64,000 nucleotides of DNA from an uncultured Bacteroides sp. (GCA_964458155.1 CAYWGP010000125.1:8264-72263), one strand, 5' to 3'. Numbered from the stretch's first letter, positions 49,475-60,068 are shown. Made by a program: numbers and translations. The notes: generated by a model not told the origin, from the sequence alone.

Positions 49475-50485
49475 TTGTTAAAACCATCTTCAGCTATAAG
49501 GATCACCCTGCTTGTTCTGTGCTTGCTTTATCTGCCGGGCACCTTTCTAAGTGGACAGAATATCACCAGGGAAGAGTATATCGCAAACTTTTCAGATTTA
49601 GCCATGAGGGAGATGCTCAGGGTGGGAATACCGGCCAGCATTACCCTGGCCCAGGGATGCCTGGAGTCAAATAACGGTAACAGTACGCTGGCAGTAAAGG
49701 GTAATAATCATTTTGGGATAAAGTGTCATGATTGGACAGGAAAAAAGCTTTACCACGACGATGATCGCCGGAATGAGTGTTTCAGATCTTACCCTTCAGC
49801 CTATGATTCCTATATGGACCACTCTGAATTTCTCACTACAAAATCCAGGTATGCGTCCCTGTTTGAACTCAGTCCGCACGACTACCGTGGCTGGGCCAAA
49901 GGATTGAAATCGGCGGGCTATGCAACGGCAAATAACTATGCTACCCTGCTTATCAGGATCATTGAGGAGAATGAATTGTTCCGCTATGACCTGATGGTCC
50001 TGGAGGGAAGCCTCGACAATATCGATACCACTTCATTTCAGGCAGACCAGGGAAGCCAGGTTCAAAGGAAAGTACTTTTGAATAACCGGATTGAGTATGT
50101 CCTGTCTGAGCCCGGAGATACACCTGAATCACTTCGTGCAGAGCTGGGGCTTTACAAGAATGAGATCTACAGGTACAATGACCTTTATAAGGGCGCAAAA
50201 CTGGCAAAGGGTACCATCATTTACCTTCAGCCAAAAAGAAGAAAAGCAGCCGTGGGCAATGAGATCCACAGGGTGGAAGCGGGTCAGACCATGTATGATA
50301 TCTCCCAGATCTATGGCGTAAAACTGAAACACCTCTACAGGTTAAACCATATGATGGAGGGTGAACAACCTATGGAAGGTACAGACATAAGCCTCAGGAA
50401 GAAAAAGAGGGAATCCTTACTTAAATTGGAACCAAACCAGCAAGAGTACGAAGAGGAGGAGATGCAGTTTCGCTTCGAACATTAA
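49475..50485 (+). CDS. Glucosaminidase (GH73) with LysM domains
   Basis: IPASITLAQGCLES, NNHFGIKCH, WAKGLKSAGYAT; C-terminal HRVEAGQTMYDISQIYGV (LysM); TTG start. Confidence 0.92.
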   Translation: MLKPSSAIRITLLVLCLLYLPGTFLSGQNITREEYIANFSDLAMREMLRVGIPASITLAQGCLESNNGNSTLAVKGNNHFGIKCHDWTGKKLYHDDDRRNECFRSYPSAYDSYMDHSEFLTTKSRYASLFELSPHDYRGWAKGLKSAGYATANNYATLLIRIIEENELFRYDLMVLEGSLDNIDTTSFQADQGSQVQRKVLLNNRIEYVLSEPGDTPESLRAELGLYKNEIYRYNDLYKGAKLAKGTIIYLQPKRRKAAVGNEIHRVEAGQTMYDISQIYGVKLKHLYRLNHMMEGEQPMEGTDISLRKKKRESLLKLEPNQQEYEEEEMQFRFEH

Positions 50486-50979
50486 TCCTTTAACTCACCA
50501 GCCTTCCCCGAGTAGGAAATGGACTGCTGTTTCTTGCTGTTGATTACCAGGTTACCGAAACCCGAAGAACCCACTTTCAGACTGACACTATAGCTATCCT
50601 TCTCCCCCCGGATATTAAAGCTTGTGTTAATGCTTTGCTTTTCGTCATCCCTGGTGATTTGAAGGTTCTCCGGGGCCCCATTGAATTCGATCCCCCCGCT
50701 ATCACCGTAAGCAGCAGAATAGGCCCTTCCAAAATATGGCAGGTAGGCTTCGAAATTCCCATCAAGGGCTTTGAGCGAATAGGGAGAAGTAAGCTGAATG
50801 GTTTTCCCACCCGAAGGAGAGGCAGATCTGACAGTGAACATGTAAGAGCCGCTCTCTATCAGGGCAGCTGTGTGTTCAAAATCGGCTTTAGCTTTTTCTT
50901 TTTTTGCCATAGAAGCTGATCCGGAGCATCCGGAAAGAATGATTGCCACAAGGAGTAAGCTTAAAATTCCTGCTTTCAT
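50482..50979 (-). CDS. DUF4251 domain lipoprotein
   Basis: Lipobox SGC; AYLPYFGRAYSAAYG..GGIEF..ISYSG pattern. Confidence 0.85.
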   Translation of the reverse strand: MKAGILSLLLVAIILSGCSGSASMAKKEKAKADFEHTAALIESGSYMFTVRSASPSGGKTIQLTSPYSLKALDGNFEAYLPYFGRAYSAAYGDSGGIEFNGAPENLQITRDDEKQSINTSFNIRGEKDSYSVSLKVGSSGFGNLVINSKKQQSISYSGKAGELKD

Positions 50980-51008
50980 ATTTCTGGTATTTGAAGATCT
51001 TCAGGACT

Positions 51009-51016
51009 CAAAGATA
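51009..51016 (-). promoter_or_regulatory. Bacteroidota -7 promoter box for the DUF4251 gene
   Basis: TATCTTTG on the minus strand, 29 nt upstream of the ATG. Confidence 0.45.
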
Positions 51017-51052
51017 TCCAAATTTGCAGGAATGTTCAAAACATGTTAATCA

Positions 51053-51099
51053 TTTTGACTGTCAAAACTTTACATTGGTCTCCGCATGGCTTAAATTTG
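51053..51099 (+). promoter_or_regulatory. Perfect 15-bp palindrome plus -7 box upstream of the integrase-domain gene
   Basis: TTTTGAC-T-GTCAAAA (51053-51067); TAAATTTG (51092-51099), 15 nt before ATG 51115. Confidence 0.45.
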
Positions 51100-51114
51100 T
51101 ATGAAAACTGTAGC

Positions 51115-51567
51115 ATGGCCCAAGCAGAAACAGCACCTGTCAGAATGATTCTTCCACCCGATGGCAGGCAAACGCGAATCGATTTTTTCGGTGAATCCAT
51201 TTCAAAAAAGCACTCTCCGGACTGGTGGCATTCCATCTCATCCCTATTCAGGCACGGGCGCAAGGAAGAAGGTGTTGACCTGGAATTTTATGCCAGTCAA
51301 CTTGAAAAGGAGGGCTATTCTGAGAAATCGAGAAGGAGTTATCTGTTTATGGTCAAAAGGTTTTTCGAACATTTTAAGGGAGTTGAACCCCGTCAGATCA
51401 GCATGGGAGCCATTGAGGACTACAATTTTGAGTTTTTTGTTTCGGGCAGGTACTCACGCTCATACCAGTTACAGTTTATCAATTCGCTCAAGCTCTATTA
51501 TCAGCTTACCGAGGGGATCGACCTGAACCTGAAGCAGCTCAGGAAAACCGGTACACCCCGCTCCTGA
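51115..51567 (+). pseudogene. Tyrosine-integrase N-terminal SAM-like domain only (catalytic domain absent); truncated gene or stand-alone DNA-binding protein
   Basis: LEKEGYSEKSRRSYLFMVKRFFEHF..PRQISMGAIEDY..YSRSYQLQFINSLKLYY matches the Phage_int_SAM_4 pattern. The ORF ends shortly after, inside the 3' end of fmt; no R-H-R-Y catalytic region. Confidence 0.65.
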
Positions 51568-52519
51568 GACTGAAGCCAGCCAGAAAGTCTTTGATATTCA
51601 TTCTCCGCTTCCCTTCCAGTTGAATGGAGTGTATATGCAGTACACCATCTGTAAGCGCTACCTCCAGCTCACGTTTGCCATCGCTTTTAATGGTCCCGGC
51701 TTTTTCCCCGGGAGTACCTGCTTCAAAAGTGGATGAAAATATCTTACACTGCAGTCTGCCTCCTCCTTCCTTTTCCAGGAAGGTAAATGCACCGGGAAAG
51801 GGGCTGAGCCCACGAATCAGGTTATATAGTCTCTCACCCGGCAACATCCAGTCGATGCGGCAATCTTCCTTGAATATTTTAGGCGCTTTTTTTAAAGCGA
51901 TTTCAGAGTCCAGATATTGATTCTGTGGCCGGGCAAGGAGCTGTCCGGCTGCAAGCTGTCTAACGGTTTCCAGGACCAATGCGGCTCCAGGCTCCATAAG
52001 CCTGTCGTGTAGTTCTCCCGCATTTTCCTTTGCTCCAATGGCAATGTGTTCCTGCAGGAGGATAAGACCTGTATCTATCTGCTCATCAATGAAAAAGGTG
52101 GTAACCCCGGTTTCACTCTCCCCGTTGATAAGGACGTGATTTATAGGTGCCGCACCACGGTATTGGGGAAGCAATGAAGCATGCAGGTTAAAGGTCCCCA
52201 TTGAAGGGATGCGCCAGACCACTTCGGGCAACATGCGGAATGCCACGACCACCTGCAAATCGGGTTGCAAGGCATTAAGCTCCTCTATGAAGGCTGGATC
52301 TTTCAGGTTTTCCGGCTGAAGAATGGGAATCTGATTGTCCTGCTCCAGCATAAAGGTCTTCACCTCTGATGAACGCAGTTTCTTGCCACGACCGGCAGGG
52401 CGGTCCGGGGCAGTGATCACTCCAACCACATTGCACTCCGACTCCAGTAAGAGCTTCAGGGGTGCCACAGCAAAACCGGGGGTTCCCATATAGACAATGC
52501 GTGGCGACTGCTTACTCAT
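51539..52519 (-). CDS. fmt: Methionyl-tRNA formyltransferase
   Basis: [49 protein letters not shown]. Confidence 0.96.
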   Translation of the reverse strand: MSKQSPRIVYMGTPGFAVAPLKLLLESECNVVGVITAPDRPAGRGKKLRSSEVKTFMLEQDNQIPILQPENLKDPAFIEELNALQPDLQVVVAFRMLPEVVWRIPSMGTFNLHASLLPQYRGAAPINHVLINGESETGVTTFFIDEQIDTGLILLQEHIAIGAKENAGELHDRLMEPGAALVLETVRQLAAGQLLARPQNQYLDSEIALKKAPKIFKEDCRIDWMLPGERLYNLIRGLSPFPGAFTFLEKEGGGRLQCKIFSSTFEAGTPGEKAGTIKSDGKRELEVALTDGVLHIHSIQLEGKRRMNIKDFLAGFSLRSGVYRFS

Positions 52520-53774
52520 CCCTCAATGGATTATTATACTTTGCAATGTTCAGGAAGTGCCCCATTTTATCCCGTTTGGTTTCAAGGTAGAACTGGTTGT
52601 GCTTGTTGGAAGGGATCTCGAGCTGAATAGTTTCCACTATGGTCATCCCATAACCCTCCAGGCCTGTCTTTTTCACCGGATTGTTGGTGATCAGCCTGAT
52701 ATTCCTGATTCCAAGAGCATATAACATTCCGGCTCCCACTCCGTAATCCCGTTCATCATCCTGAAATCCCAGTTCCAGATTTGCTTCTACAGTGTCGCGA
52801 CCCTCTTCCTGGAGTTTATAAGCCTTCATCTTGTTATACAGACCGATTCCACGACCCTCCTGATTCAGATAGATAATGACTCCCTGACCTGCCTTTTGAA
52901 CCATTCTCATGGCTTCATGAAGCTGATCTCCACAATCGCAGCGGTAACTGCCGAAAATATCTCCTGTGACACAGGATGAGTGTACCCTCACAAGTACATG
53001 GTCCTTTTTGCTCCATTCCCCCTTGGTAATTGCCACATGCTCCATGCCATTTGATTTCTGGATAAAAGGAATCAGGTTGAAGTCACCATATTCCGTGGGC
53101 AGATTTACCCTGGTACCTTTATGCACAATGGAATCGGAGTTAAGCCTGTATGCAATCAGGTCCCTGATGGTGATAATCTTCAGGTGATACTTTTGGGCGA
53201 TGCGGGAAAGTTCGGGGAGCCTTGCCATGGAACCATCTTCATTCATAATCTCTACCAGGACTCCACCTGGCTTGAGGCCGGCCAGCCTCGTAAGATCCAC
53301 TGCTGCCTCTGTATGCCCGGCTCGCCTGAGTACCCCCTGCTTCCTCGATTTCAGGGGGAATATATGTCCCGGGCGCCCCAGGTCATCTGGCCGGGTAGCC
53401 GGGTCAACCAGGGCCCTGATGGTTTTGGCACGATCCATTGCAGAAATTCCGGTGGTACATCCCTGTCCCAACAGATCCACCGATACAGTGAAAGCAGTGG
53501 CATGACTGCTGGTGTTGCTGCTAACCATCAAGGGAAGGTCCAGTTCCTGACAGCGGTCTTCGGTAAGAGATGCACAGATCAGGCCTTTACCATTGGTGGC
53601 CATGAAATTTATGGTTTCAGGAGTCACCAGTTCTGCGGCACATACAAAATCTCCCTCGTTCTCCCTGTCCTCGTCATCAACAACAATAATGATCTTACCG
53701 TTCCTGATATCTTCCAGGCCTTCCTCAATGGTGTTGAGTTTAATCCTGGTTTCTGCTCGTTGGTTGCCAGACAT
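52512..53774 (-). CDS. ribBA: Bifunctional DHBP synthase / GTP cyclohydrolase II
   Basis: [60 protein letters not shown]. Confidence 0.97.
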   Translation of the reverse strand: MSGNQRAETRIKLNTIEEGLEDIRNGKIIIVVDDEDRENEGDFVCAAELVTPETINFMATNGKGLICASLTEDRCQELDLPLMVSSNTSSHATAFTVSVDLLGQGCTTGISAMDRAKTIRALVDPATRPDDLGRPGHIFPLKSRKQGVLRRAGHTEAAVDLTRLAGLKPGGVLVEIMNEDGSMARLPELSRIAQKYHLKIITIRDLIAYRLNSDSIVHKGTRVNLPTEYGDFNLIPFIQKSNGMEHVAITKGEWSKKDHVLVRVHSSCVTGDIFGSYRCDCGDQLHEAMRMVQKAGQGVIIYLNQEGRGIGLYNKMKAYKLQEEGRDTVEANLELGFQDDERDYGVGAGMLYALGIRNIRLITNNPVKKTGLEGYGMTIVETIQLEIPSNKHNQFYLETKRDKMGHFLNIAKYNNPLRDE

Positions 53775-54912
53775 TGTTCCTAATCCCTCCTGAATACCTG
53801 AAAAAACCGGCCAGCAGGGCCATGTTCATCAGGACAAAATGTGAAATAAAGCGCAAAGGTATACTATGGATTCCAATTTTCCGCAGTATATGATCAATAA
53901 CAGGGCTAAAGACTACAAGGACCTGAAAGAGGAACAGTGCCATGTATAAGGGAAGTGTAAATGCTAAGACAAGGGAAGTTGACAGACTAATCATGGCCAG
54001 GAAAGGGACGATCCATCGAATGACTTTGTGGGAGAGAAAGCAGAATCCGACACCTTTTTTTCCCTTGATCAGCATGGAGCGGAACCTGAACAGGTTCTGA
54101 TAGTTCCCTGCAGAGATTCTCTTTTTTCTCAGGAATTCCTCCCGTGGCCTGTTGGAAACATCTTCACTGACCCTTGCAAGGATGTTACTGATACAGTCCG
54201 CTCCCTGCTTAAGTACCGACATATTAATGAAGAAATCATCCACCAGGAAGTGGTCGGGTACAGGTGTGTATAAAGACTTTCGAACAGCATAACAACCACC
54301 AAAGGGGCCCATCATAGTGCCCCAGAGCACACTTTCATGATGTTTAATGCTGACTTCCCTGCCTGTGTAGAATTTCTCCTGCCTTGATATCCCTTCTTTC
54401 TTGATGCCTGTGCTGATCAACCTGGAGTCCACCAGTCCGATCCCATCCTCTTTAAAATAGCGAACCAGCTCACTAAGGGTGTTACTCTCAAGCATTACAT
54501 TGGCATCGCTTAGCACCAGAATCTCTCCCCGGGCCTTTTCCACGAGTCTATTAATAATTCCCGGTTTCCCCACTCTTTCTTTATAGAAGAAGAGTTGCAG
54601 GGCTGGGTTCTCCTCCTTCAATTGTTTCAATATGAAGTTGGTTTGATCGGTTGATGCATCAGATCCCACCATAATTTCCAGTTTGTCAGAGGGGTAATCG
54701 CTGTTTAACACCGAGTTGATCTTTTCCCGGATCGCAAGTGCTTCATTGTAGGCCGGAATAAGTACCGAGATCACTGGCAGCTCTCCCGCCGAGAATGATC
54801 TGGCGTTTATGGTCCTGTTTCCTGCAAGCCATTTAAGTATCCACGGAAATAGCAGGTAGGAGTAGAATATAAGAAAGAGACTGATCCAGAATATGAGTTG
54901 CAGCACAATCAT
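53740..54912 (-). CDS. Glycosyltransferase family 2 (membrane-bound)
   Basis: [53 protein letters not shown]; flanking TM helices. Confidence 0.9.
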   Translation of the reverse strand: MIVLQLIFWISLFLIFYSYLLFPWILKWLAGNRTINARSFSAGELPVISVLIPAYNEALAIREKINSVLNSDYPSDKLEIMVGSDASTDQTNFILKQLKEENPALQLFFYKERVGKPGIINRLVEKARGEILVLSDANVMLESNTLSELVRYFKEDGIGLVDSRLISTGIKKEGISRQEKFYTGREVSIKHHESVLWGTMMGPFGGCYAVRKSLYTPVPDHFLVDDFFINMSVLKQGADCISNILARVSEDVSNRPREEFLRKKRISAGNYQNLFRFRSMLIKGKKGVGFCFLSHKVIRWIVPFLAMISLSTSLVLAFTLPLYMALFLFQVLVVFSPVIDHILRKIGIHSIPLRFISHFVLMNMALLAGFFRYSGGIRNNVWQPTSRNQD

Positions 54913-56108
54913 TCTTCAGCTTTGTAGAACTGACTTAAGCGGGTTGAAAGTTCAAAGATATCAAAATGGCTGCTTATAAACTGACGGGTTTCGGCAGAAC
55001 TCTTGTCCGGATCAGGCTCAGCCTTTATAAATTTGAGAATTTGCCTGCAAAATTTTTCGGGATCGTCTGTCACCGCCACACCAGGCTGATTGTTGACAGG
55101 GATTCCTTCAATTCCAGCGGAGGTAGTAACCACGGGTCTCCCAAGGGCCATACCCTCCAGGATTTTTATTCGTATTCCGCTTCCGGTAAGCAGGGGCGCC
55201 ACCATCACCCGGTAGGACTGCATGAAGCTTATGGCATCATTCACTTCACCATGATAGTGGATATTGGGGTGGTTTAATTTCTTAGCATAATGGGTGGGCG
55301 CATTTCTTCCTGCCACATGGAAACTTAATTCGGGCAGTTCTGCCAGCAATATATCGAAGACATTATTGAGGAACCAGGTGAGCCCCTCCTGGTTAGGCAA
55401 CCAGTCAAGTGCCCCGATATAAAAGATGGAAGGTTCCGGCGGAACTTGGGAAAGGGCATAGTTCTTCAGGACCAATCCAGCAGGAATGGTAAGCATGGGC
55501 TTTTGAAGTCCCATGTGCCTGAAATATGAAGCATCCTGTTCACTGATTGGTATCAGGGAATCGGCCAGCCGGGCTATCTCCAGTTCAAATCGTTTCAGTC
55601 GCCGGGCCATGTTCATGAGGTACCATCTCTTCAAAAAAGATCTTTCATTACGTGCTTTTCTTTCCCAGATGTGGTGCTCCACATTATGTGCACGCAGCGA
55701 GATCCTGGCATCACTCTGCTTCCTGATCAGATCCAGGTACTGACCGGGATAGGGACCTTCCAATTGAATAAAATGGAAGGACTCATCATGCAGGAGCCTG
55801 GTCAGCTCCTTTCGGAAGGCCTTGATATTGAATCTTTTTGCTATATATGGATGCCTGGAGAAAAGCAGGTTTATGATCATTGACAGAGGCCTGATTGAAG
55901 AGTCGCAATCTACTCCAATAAAGCGAATGAGCTCTCCCAGTTCTTTAGGAATTTGCTCTACCGGATAGGGGTGCTTGCTCGTATTCAGGGCGAGACAGGT
56001 AAGCTGATTTCCTGCATTTTGAAGGCCACAAAGCATGTTGAGGGTGGCAATAGACCCTCCATCTTTAGGTGGGAAGGGAAGCTTATTGGTCAGAATCAGG
56101 ATCTTCAT
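54909..56108 (-). CDS. Glycosyltransferase family 4
   Basis: PFPPKDGG, AHNVEH, IGALDWLPN, PLLTGSGIRIKILEGMALGRPVVTT. Confidence 0.9.
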   Translation of the reverse strand: MKILILTNKLPFPPKDGGSIATLNMLCGLQNAGNQLTCLALNTSKHPYPVEQIPKELGELIRFIGVDCDSSIRPLSMIINLLFSRHPYIAKRFNIKAFRKELTRLLHDESFHFIQLEGPYPGQYLDLIRKQSDARISLRAHNVEHHIWERKARNERSFLKRWYLMNMARRLKRFELEIARLADSLIPISEQDASYFRHMGLQKPMLTIPAGLVLKNYALSQVPPEPSIFYIGALDWLPNQEGLTWFLNNVFDILLAELPELSFHVAGRNAPTHYAKKLNHPNIHYHGEVNDAISFMQSYRVMVAPLLTGSGIRIKILEGMALGRPVVTTSAGIEGIPVNNQPGVAVTDDPEKFCRQILKFIKAEPDPDKSSAETRQFISSHFDIFELSTRLSQFYKAEE

Positions 56109-57598
56109 CTCTCGGGTTTCCTTTTTTGGAATCTTTTCATAAGGTTTTTAGCCCAGAGAAAATAGGTTTCAATGTTCATAATGACCGAGTCGTTTGCCGC
56201 TTTATAAGTAAGCAGGATACTGATGGGAATCAGAATAATGGTTGAAATCCACATTCCCACAAAGGGAGGCAGAATATCTTCCCGCACAAACTTCTCTCCG
56301 GTCATGGAGATCACATAATAGATAAGAAAGAGCAATACACTTACAATAACCGGCATTCCAAGTCCTCCCTTCCGGATAATGGCTCCCAGGGGTGCTCCGA
56401 TAAAAAAGAAGATCAGGCAGAGCAGGGAGAGGGTATACTTGCGCTGAATCTCAATCTGGTATCTTCTCAGTTTCGAGATTTTCCATTCATTGGATCCAAC
56501 ATTGGATTTGGTAATGCTTTTATTGCTGCGTGCATAGGTAATGGCCTGTGTAATGGCGCGCCTTTTCTCCAGTATATTCAAGCGGGCAAAAAGAGTATCC
56601 ACCAGAAGCTCCTGGATAATTAAATTCTCCGGATCCCTGGAAGCCCTGACAGAATCGGGGACTATTCTGCCAGTTTTCAGAAGGAAGGATTTTGGTTTGG
56701 CTACCAGAGTTTTATCAATGGTAAAGAGGAAGTCGCTCAGCATGGTATCCAGATCCTCAACAAGACTATCCTCGAAATGATGCAGCTGGTCAATATTCAA
56801 CATGGAATAGGCATTACGGAAAAGATTTTCATCGCTTCTGTTAAGTCCGAATCCTGTCATTTCAATTATCATATCCTGATGCTCGAAACGTTCCCTCTGA
56901 TGCGGGTAACTCATAATGTGCTTCTTCTCCTTCTTTTGCTTCTGCATCTCCTCATAGGTGTTGCCGTTATAGAGGGTGAGAAGGAGGTGTTTTTCGTCGG
57001 CTGACATCTTCATATAACCAGAATCGGCCACAGTTACCCGGGTGTTACCCTGTTTCTTAGTATGATCAAAGATCAGTATATCCCTTAAAAGACTGGTCCT
57101 GCTGTCCCTGGAACCAATGCGTATGGAATATCCCTCCAGGGTATTGTCAAATACACCCGGTTTGATGGTGAGTTCGGGCCGCTGCTGCTGGATGTCATAG
57201 AGCAGGGATCTCATTTTCAGGTTGGTTACCGGCATCACATTGTTAGCAAACACAAAGGCCCCGATGGCGATGGCCCCTGAGATAATCATTACCGGGGCCA
57301 TGATTCTTACCAGCGATATACCCGATGATTTAAATGCCAGCAGCTCCAGATTTTCAGCCAGATTTCCGAAAGTCATCAGGCTGGCCAGCAGTACGGCAAG
57401 CGGAAGAGCCATGGGAACCAGGCTTGCACTGGTGTAGAGCAGGAACTCGGAGATCACGCTCATTTCCAGACCCTTCCCGATCAAGTCATCGATATACTTC
57501 CACAGAAATTGCATCAGAAGTATGAAAATGACAAAGAAAAATGTCAGAATGAACGGACCAATAAATGACTTTATAACCAGCAGATGAAGCTTTTTCAC
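56105..57598 (-). CDS. LptF/LptG family LPS export permease
   Basis: QFLWKYIDDLIGKGL, LPLAVLLASLMTFGNL..ELLAFKSSGISL, IGAPLGAIIRKGG; GTG start. Confidence 0.92.
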   Translation of the reverse strand: MKKLHLLVIKSFIGPFILTFFFVIFILLMQFLWKYIDDLIGKGLEMSVISEFLLYTSASLVPMALPLAVLLASLMTFGNLAENLELLAFKSSGISLVRIMAPVMIISGAIAIGAFVFANNVMPVTNLKMRSLLYDIQQQRPELTIKPGVFDNTLEGYSIRIGSRDSRTSLLRDILIFDHTKKQGNTRVTVADSGYMKMSADEKHLLLTLYNGNTYEEMQKQKKEKKHIMSYPHQRERFEHQDMIIEMTGFGLNRSDENLFRNAYSMLNIDQLHHFEDSLVEDLDTMLSDFLFTIDKTLVAKPKSFLLKTGRIVPDSVRASRDPENLIIQELLVDTLFARLNILEKRRAITQAITYARSNKSITKSNVGSNEWKISKLRRYQIEIQRKYTLSLLCLIFFFIGAPLGAIIRKGGLGMPVIVSVLLFLIYYVISMTGEKFVREDILPPFVGMWISTIILIPISILLTYKAANDSVIMNIETYFLWAKNLMKRFQKRKPER

Positions 57599-57618
57599 AC
57601 CCCTCCCTTTTGTAGCTA

Positions 57619-57641
57619 CAAATTTAACGAAGACAAAGTTA
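57619..57641 (-). promoter_or_regulatory. Tandem -7 boxes upstream of the LptF/G operon
   Basis: TAAATTTG (57619-57626) and TAACTTTG (57634-57641) on the minus strand. Confidence 0.45.
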
Positions 57642-57665
57642 ACTTATTTTGGCTAAGGGAATAAT

Positions 57666-58043
57666 CTAGAGCCCAATGGAATGTTTCAACTCGGAGATCT
57701 GGGAATCCCACAGGTCAATGGCATCATCCTTCTCCTCTTCTTCAGCGAAGTCGGTGATCAGAAGAGCCACATCGCCGGTTAATTCATCGGTTCGTATTCT
57801 GAACTCGAAATAGTGCTCCGGATTTTCATCTTCCTCCCAGTGAAAGCGAATGAATTTGTTAACCTTCTTCTGGATCACTGAAGCTTCGTGTTCGGCACCT
57901 TCCCACACAAAATGAAATTTCCCCTTTTTCAGGTTTACATCATCTGCAAACCATTCAGAAAGACCTTCTGGACTACTTAATCTGGAATACAAGAAATTGG
58001 GAGATGTATTAAATGTATACTCGAGTTCGTATTTTATCTTCAT
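57666..58043 (-). CDS. START-like domain protein (START_2)
   Basis: YELEY..SPEGLSEWFADDV..FEFRI..DELTGDVALLITDF..LWDSQI. Confidence 0.88.
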   Translation of the reverse strand: MKIKYELEYTFNTSPNFLYSRLSSPEGLSEWFADDVNLKKGKFHFVWEGAEHEASVIQKKVNKFIRFHWEEDENPEHYFEFRIRTDELTGDVALLITDFAEEEEKDDAIDLWDSQISELKHSIGL

Positions 58044-58319
58044 GGGGATAGAGAATTAGTTCATAATTCGTCCTTAATGCAATATAAGAAAATTCTGGAT
58101 ATATCAAAACCCACTAACTCAGTGCAATATTAAGGGATTCAAATACAAAGAATGAGTATAAAAAAGCATTCTAAGCTGAAGGTTTGTTGAAAGTAACTAT
58201 ATTTATGGCTTCACAGCTGTCCGCTTAAGATTAGCCGATAAGGGTATATGAGATTGATATACAGCAGTGGAATTTCGCATGCATTTAATACCATAGTATT
58301 TCTAATAAAAAACAATCAA

Positions 58320-59663
58320 ATGGACAACAAAAACAATAACATGATGGTGGGTATGTCGGTTTTCGGCGCCATATTCTTCATTTTTGGTTTTGCCACCACA
58401 TTCATTATCACATTAACTGCCCCGATCAAAGAGATTTTTGGTTTATCAGAAACTGCTGCCCAGTTAGTCACCTCGGCCTTTTTTATTACCTATCCGATTA
58501 TGTCAATCCCCACAGGGCGACTGATTGACAGAATAGGATATAAAGCTACCGTGATAGCCGGTCTGTTTCTTATGGCGCTGGGTAGTTTTATTTTTATTCC
58601 GGCGGCAAAATTACCGTCATTCCCCATCTTTTTAATAGGAACTTTTGTCCTGGCAACCGGTGTTGTGTTTCTGCAGGTCGCAGCAAATCCCTATGTAACC
58701 GCACTTGGTCCTGATTCTTCAGCCTCAAGCCGTTTGAATTTAACCCAGGCATTGAACTCCGTGGCTACCATGATTGCTCCCTGGCTGATTTCGGTAGCCA
58801 TATTCAAAGGACTGGTATTCCCCGCTGACAGCATGGTTGCTGCCGAAAGGGTGCCTATGCCCTTTATCGTGATGGGTGTTTTTGTGATTCTTGTTGCCAT
58901 TGCTCTGTCCATGATCAAATTGCCTGTGATTAAATCGGAAGATACCAGTGCAAAGAAAAGTGTATGGAAATATCCCCATGTGGTTCTGGGTGCTGTTGCC
59001 ATATTCGTGTATGTGGGTGCTGAGGTAGGTAACGCCGGACTGATTGTGAATTACCTCAGAACTTCAACCGGTATCTCTTCAGAAATGGCCTCTACCTATG
59101 CTGCCATTTACTGGGGAGGTGCAATGATTGGAAGGTTCTTCGGATCCTTTATGTTTACCGACCGGCCTTTGTCGAAAAAACTCACCTTACTTATTCCTGT
59201 TCTGATTCTGGCATTTGTTTCAGGTTCCTTTGTAACGGATTGGAACTGGGCCATCGGAGCCACCTTTACAGGAGCAGCACTGGTGAACTTTATCATTATG
59301 CTGGTTGGCCGTGGAAAAGCAGCCCGTACACTGGCGATCTTTGCCCTCGCAGCAGCTCTGCTGGATATCGCAACTACCTTTTCAGGCGGAAGTATTGCCC
59401 TTTGGACCATCATTTCCATCGGATTGTTCAACTCCATTATGTTCCCCAATATTTTCTCACTGGCAGTAAAAGACCTGGACAAAGCGGAACTGAGTTCTGC
59501 TTCCGGATTAATTAATGCCTTGATCATAGGAGGGGCAATCATACCACCACTTATGGGATCCATTGCCGATAACGCTGGTTATAGGTGGGCGTTTATTGTA
59601 CCCGCGGTATGTTACCTGTACATCTTCTACTATGCTGTAAAAGGTAATACCATTAGAAGGTAA
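58320..59663 (+). CDS. Glucose/galactose/fucose MFS transporter (GluP/FucP family)
   Basis: FFIFGF, AFFITY, LQVAANPYV, RLNLTQALNS, YVGAEV, YWGGAMIGRF, NSIMFPNIF, IIGGAIIP; ATG 58320 preferred. Confidence 0.92.
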   Translation: MDNKNNNMMVGMSVFGAIFFIFGFATTFIITLTAPIKEIFGLSETAAQLVTSAFFITYPIMSIPTGRLIDRIGYKATVIAGLFLMALGSFIFIPAAKLPSFPIFLIGTFVLATGVVFLQVAANPYVTALGPDSSASSRLNLTQALNSVATMIAPWLISVAIFKGLVFPADSMVAAERVPMPFIVMGVFVILVAIALSMIKLPVIKSEDTSAKKSVWKYPHVVLGAVAIFVYVGAEVGNAGLIVNYLRTSTGISSEMASTYAAIYWGGAMIGRFFGSFMFTDRPLSKKLTLLIPVLILAFVSGSFVTDWNWAIGATFTGAALVNFIIMLVGRGKAARTLAIFALAAALLDIATTFSGGSIALWTIISIGLFNSIMFPNIFSLAVKDLDKAELSSASGLINALIIGGAIIPPLMGSIADNAGYRWAFIVPAVCYLYIFYYAVKGNTIRR

Positions 59664-59684
59664 TCTTATATTACGCATGAACTG

Positions 59685-59724
59685 AAGTTCCTCGCAGCAG
59701 AGCTGCGGGGAACTTTTGCTTCAA
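59685..59724 (+). repeat. REP/PATE-like palindrome, copy 3, doubling as a likely terminator
   Basis: AAGTTCCTCGCAGC-AGA-GCTGCGGGGAACTT (14-bp stem with one G-U), then TTGCTTCAA; 21 nt after the transporter stop. Confidence 0.7.
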
Positions 59725-59758
59725 TAGTTATGCAATTCTTTCAAATTAATTAAACTGA

Positions 59759-60068
59759 ATAATTGTAAAATTATCAATCGGTATCGATATAGGAGGAACC
59801 AATACTGCTATTGGAAGTATTCATTTTGACCGGTAAATATTTTGGGATGGCCCTGGCAACTACGGTACATCATTTCAGCCCGGAAGCCATATTTCTGTTC
59901 GGCGGCCCACTTGCTGCAGGTGATTTACTTATTAAACCCATCAAAGAAGGCTTAAAGGATTACGTATTGCCTATCTTCCGAAAAAGAGATCTACCTGTAC
60001 TTGTCTCTGAACTGGATCCTGGACATGCAGCCATACTGGGAGCCAGCGCACTGGTGTGGAACACCTAG
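59759..60068 (+). pseudogene. ROK-family sugar kinase (glucokinase-like) with a large internal deletion and frameshift
   Basis: ATA-ATT-GTA-AAA-TTA.. reads IIVKLSIGIDIGGTNTAIG (ROK phosphate-1 motif). The +1 frame from 59811 reads EVFILTGKYFGMALA..SPEAIFLFGG..AAILGASALVWNT* (ROK C-terminus). Confidence 0.85.

Noticed and set aside
50482-51567. Integron (integrase plus cassette array)
   Set aside because: The integrase lacks its catalytic domain, I found no attC-like RYYYAAC..GTTRRRY sites, and the flanks are ordinary chromosomal genes.
53775-53900. FMN riboswitch upstream of ribBA
   Set aside because: This region is the coding 3' end of the GT2 gene, which overlaps the ribBA start; no RFN consensus seen.
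59759-60068. Programmed frameshift or recoding producing a functional kinase
   Set aside because: Even if the frame were restored, the product would be about 100 aa and lack the central sugar- and Zn-binding region; no slippery site seen.
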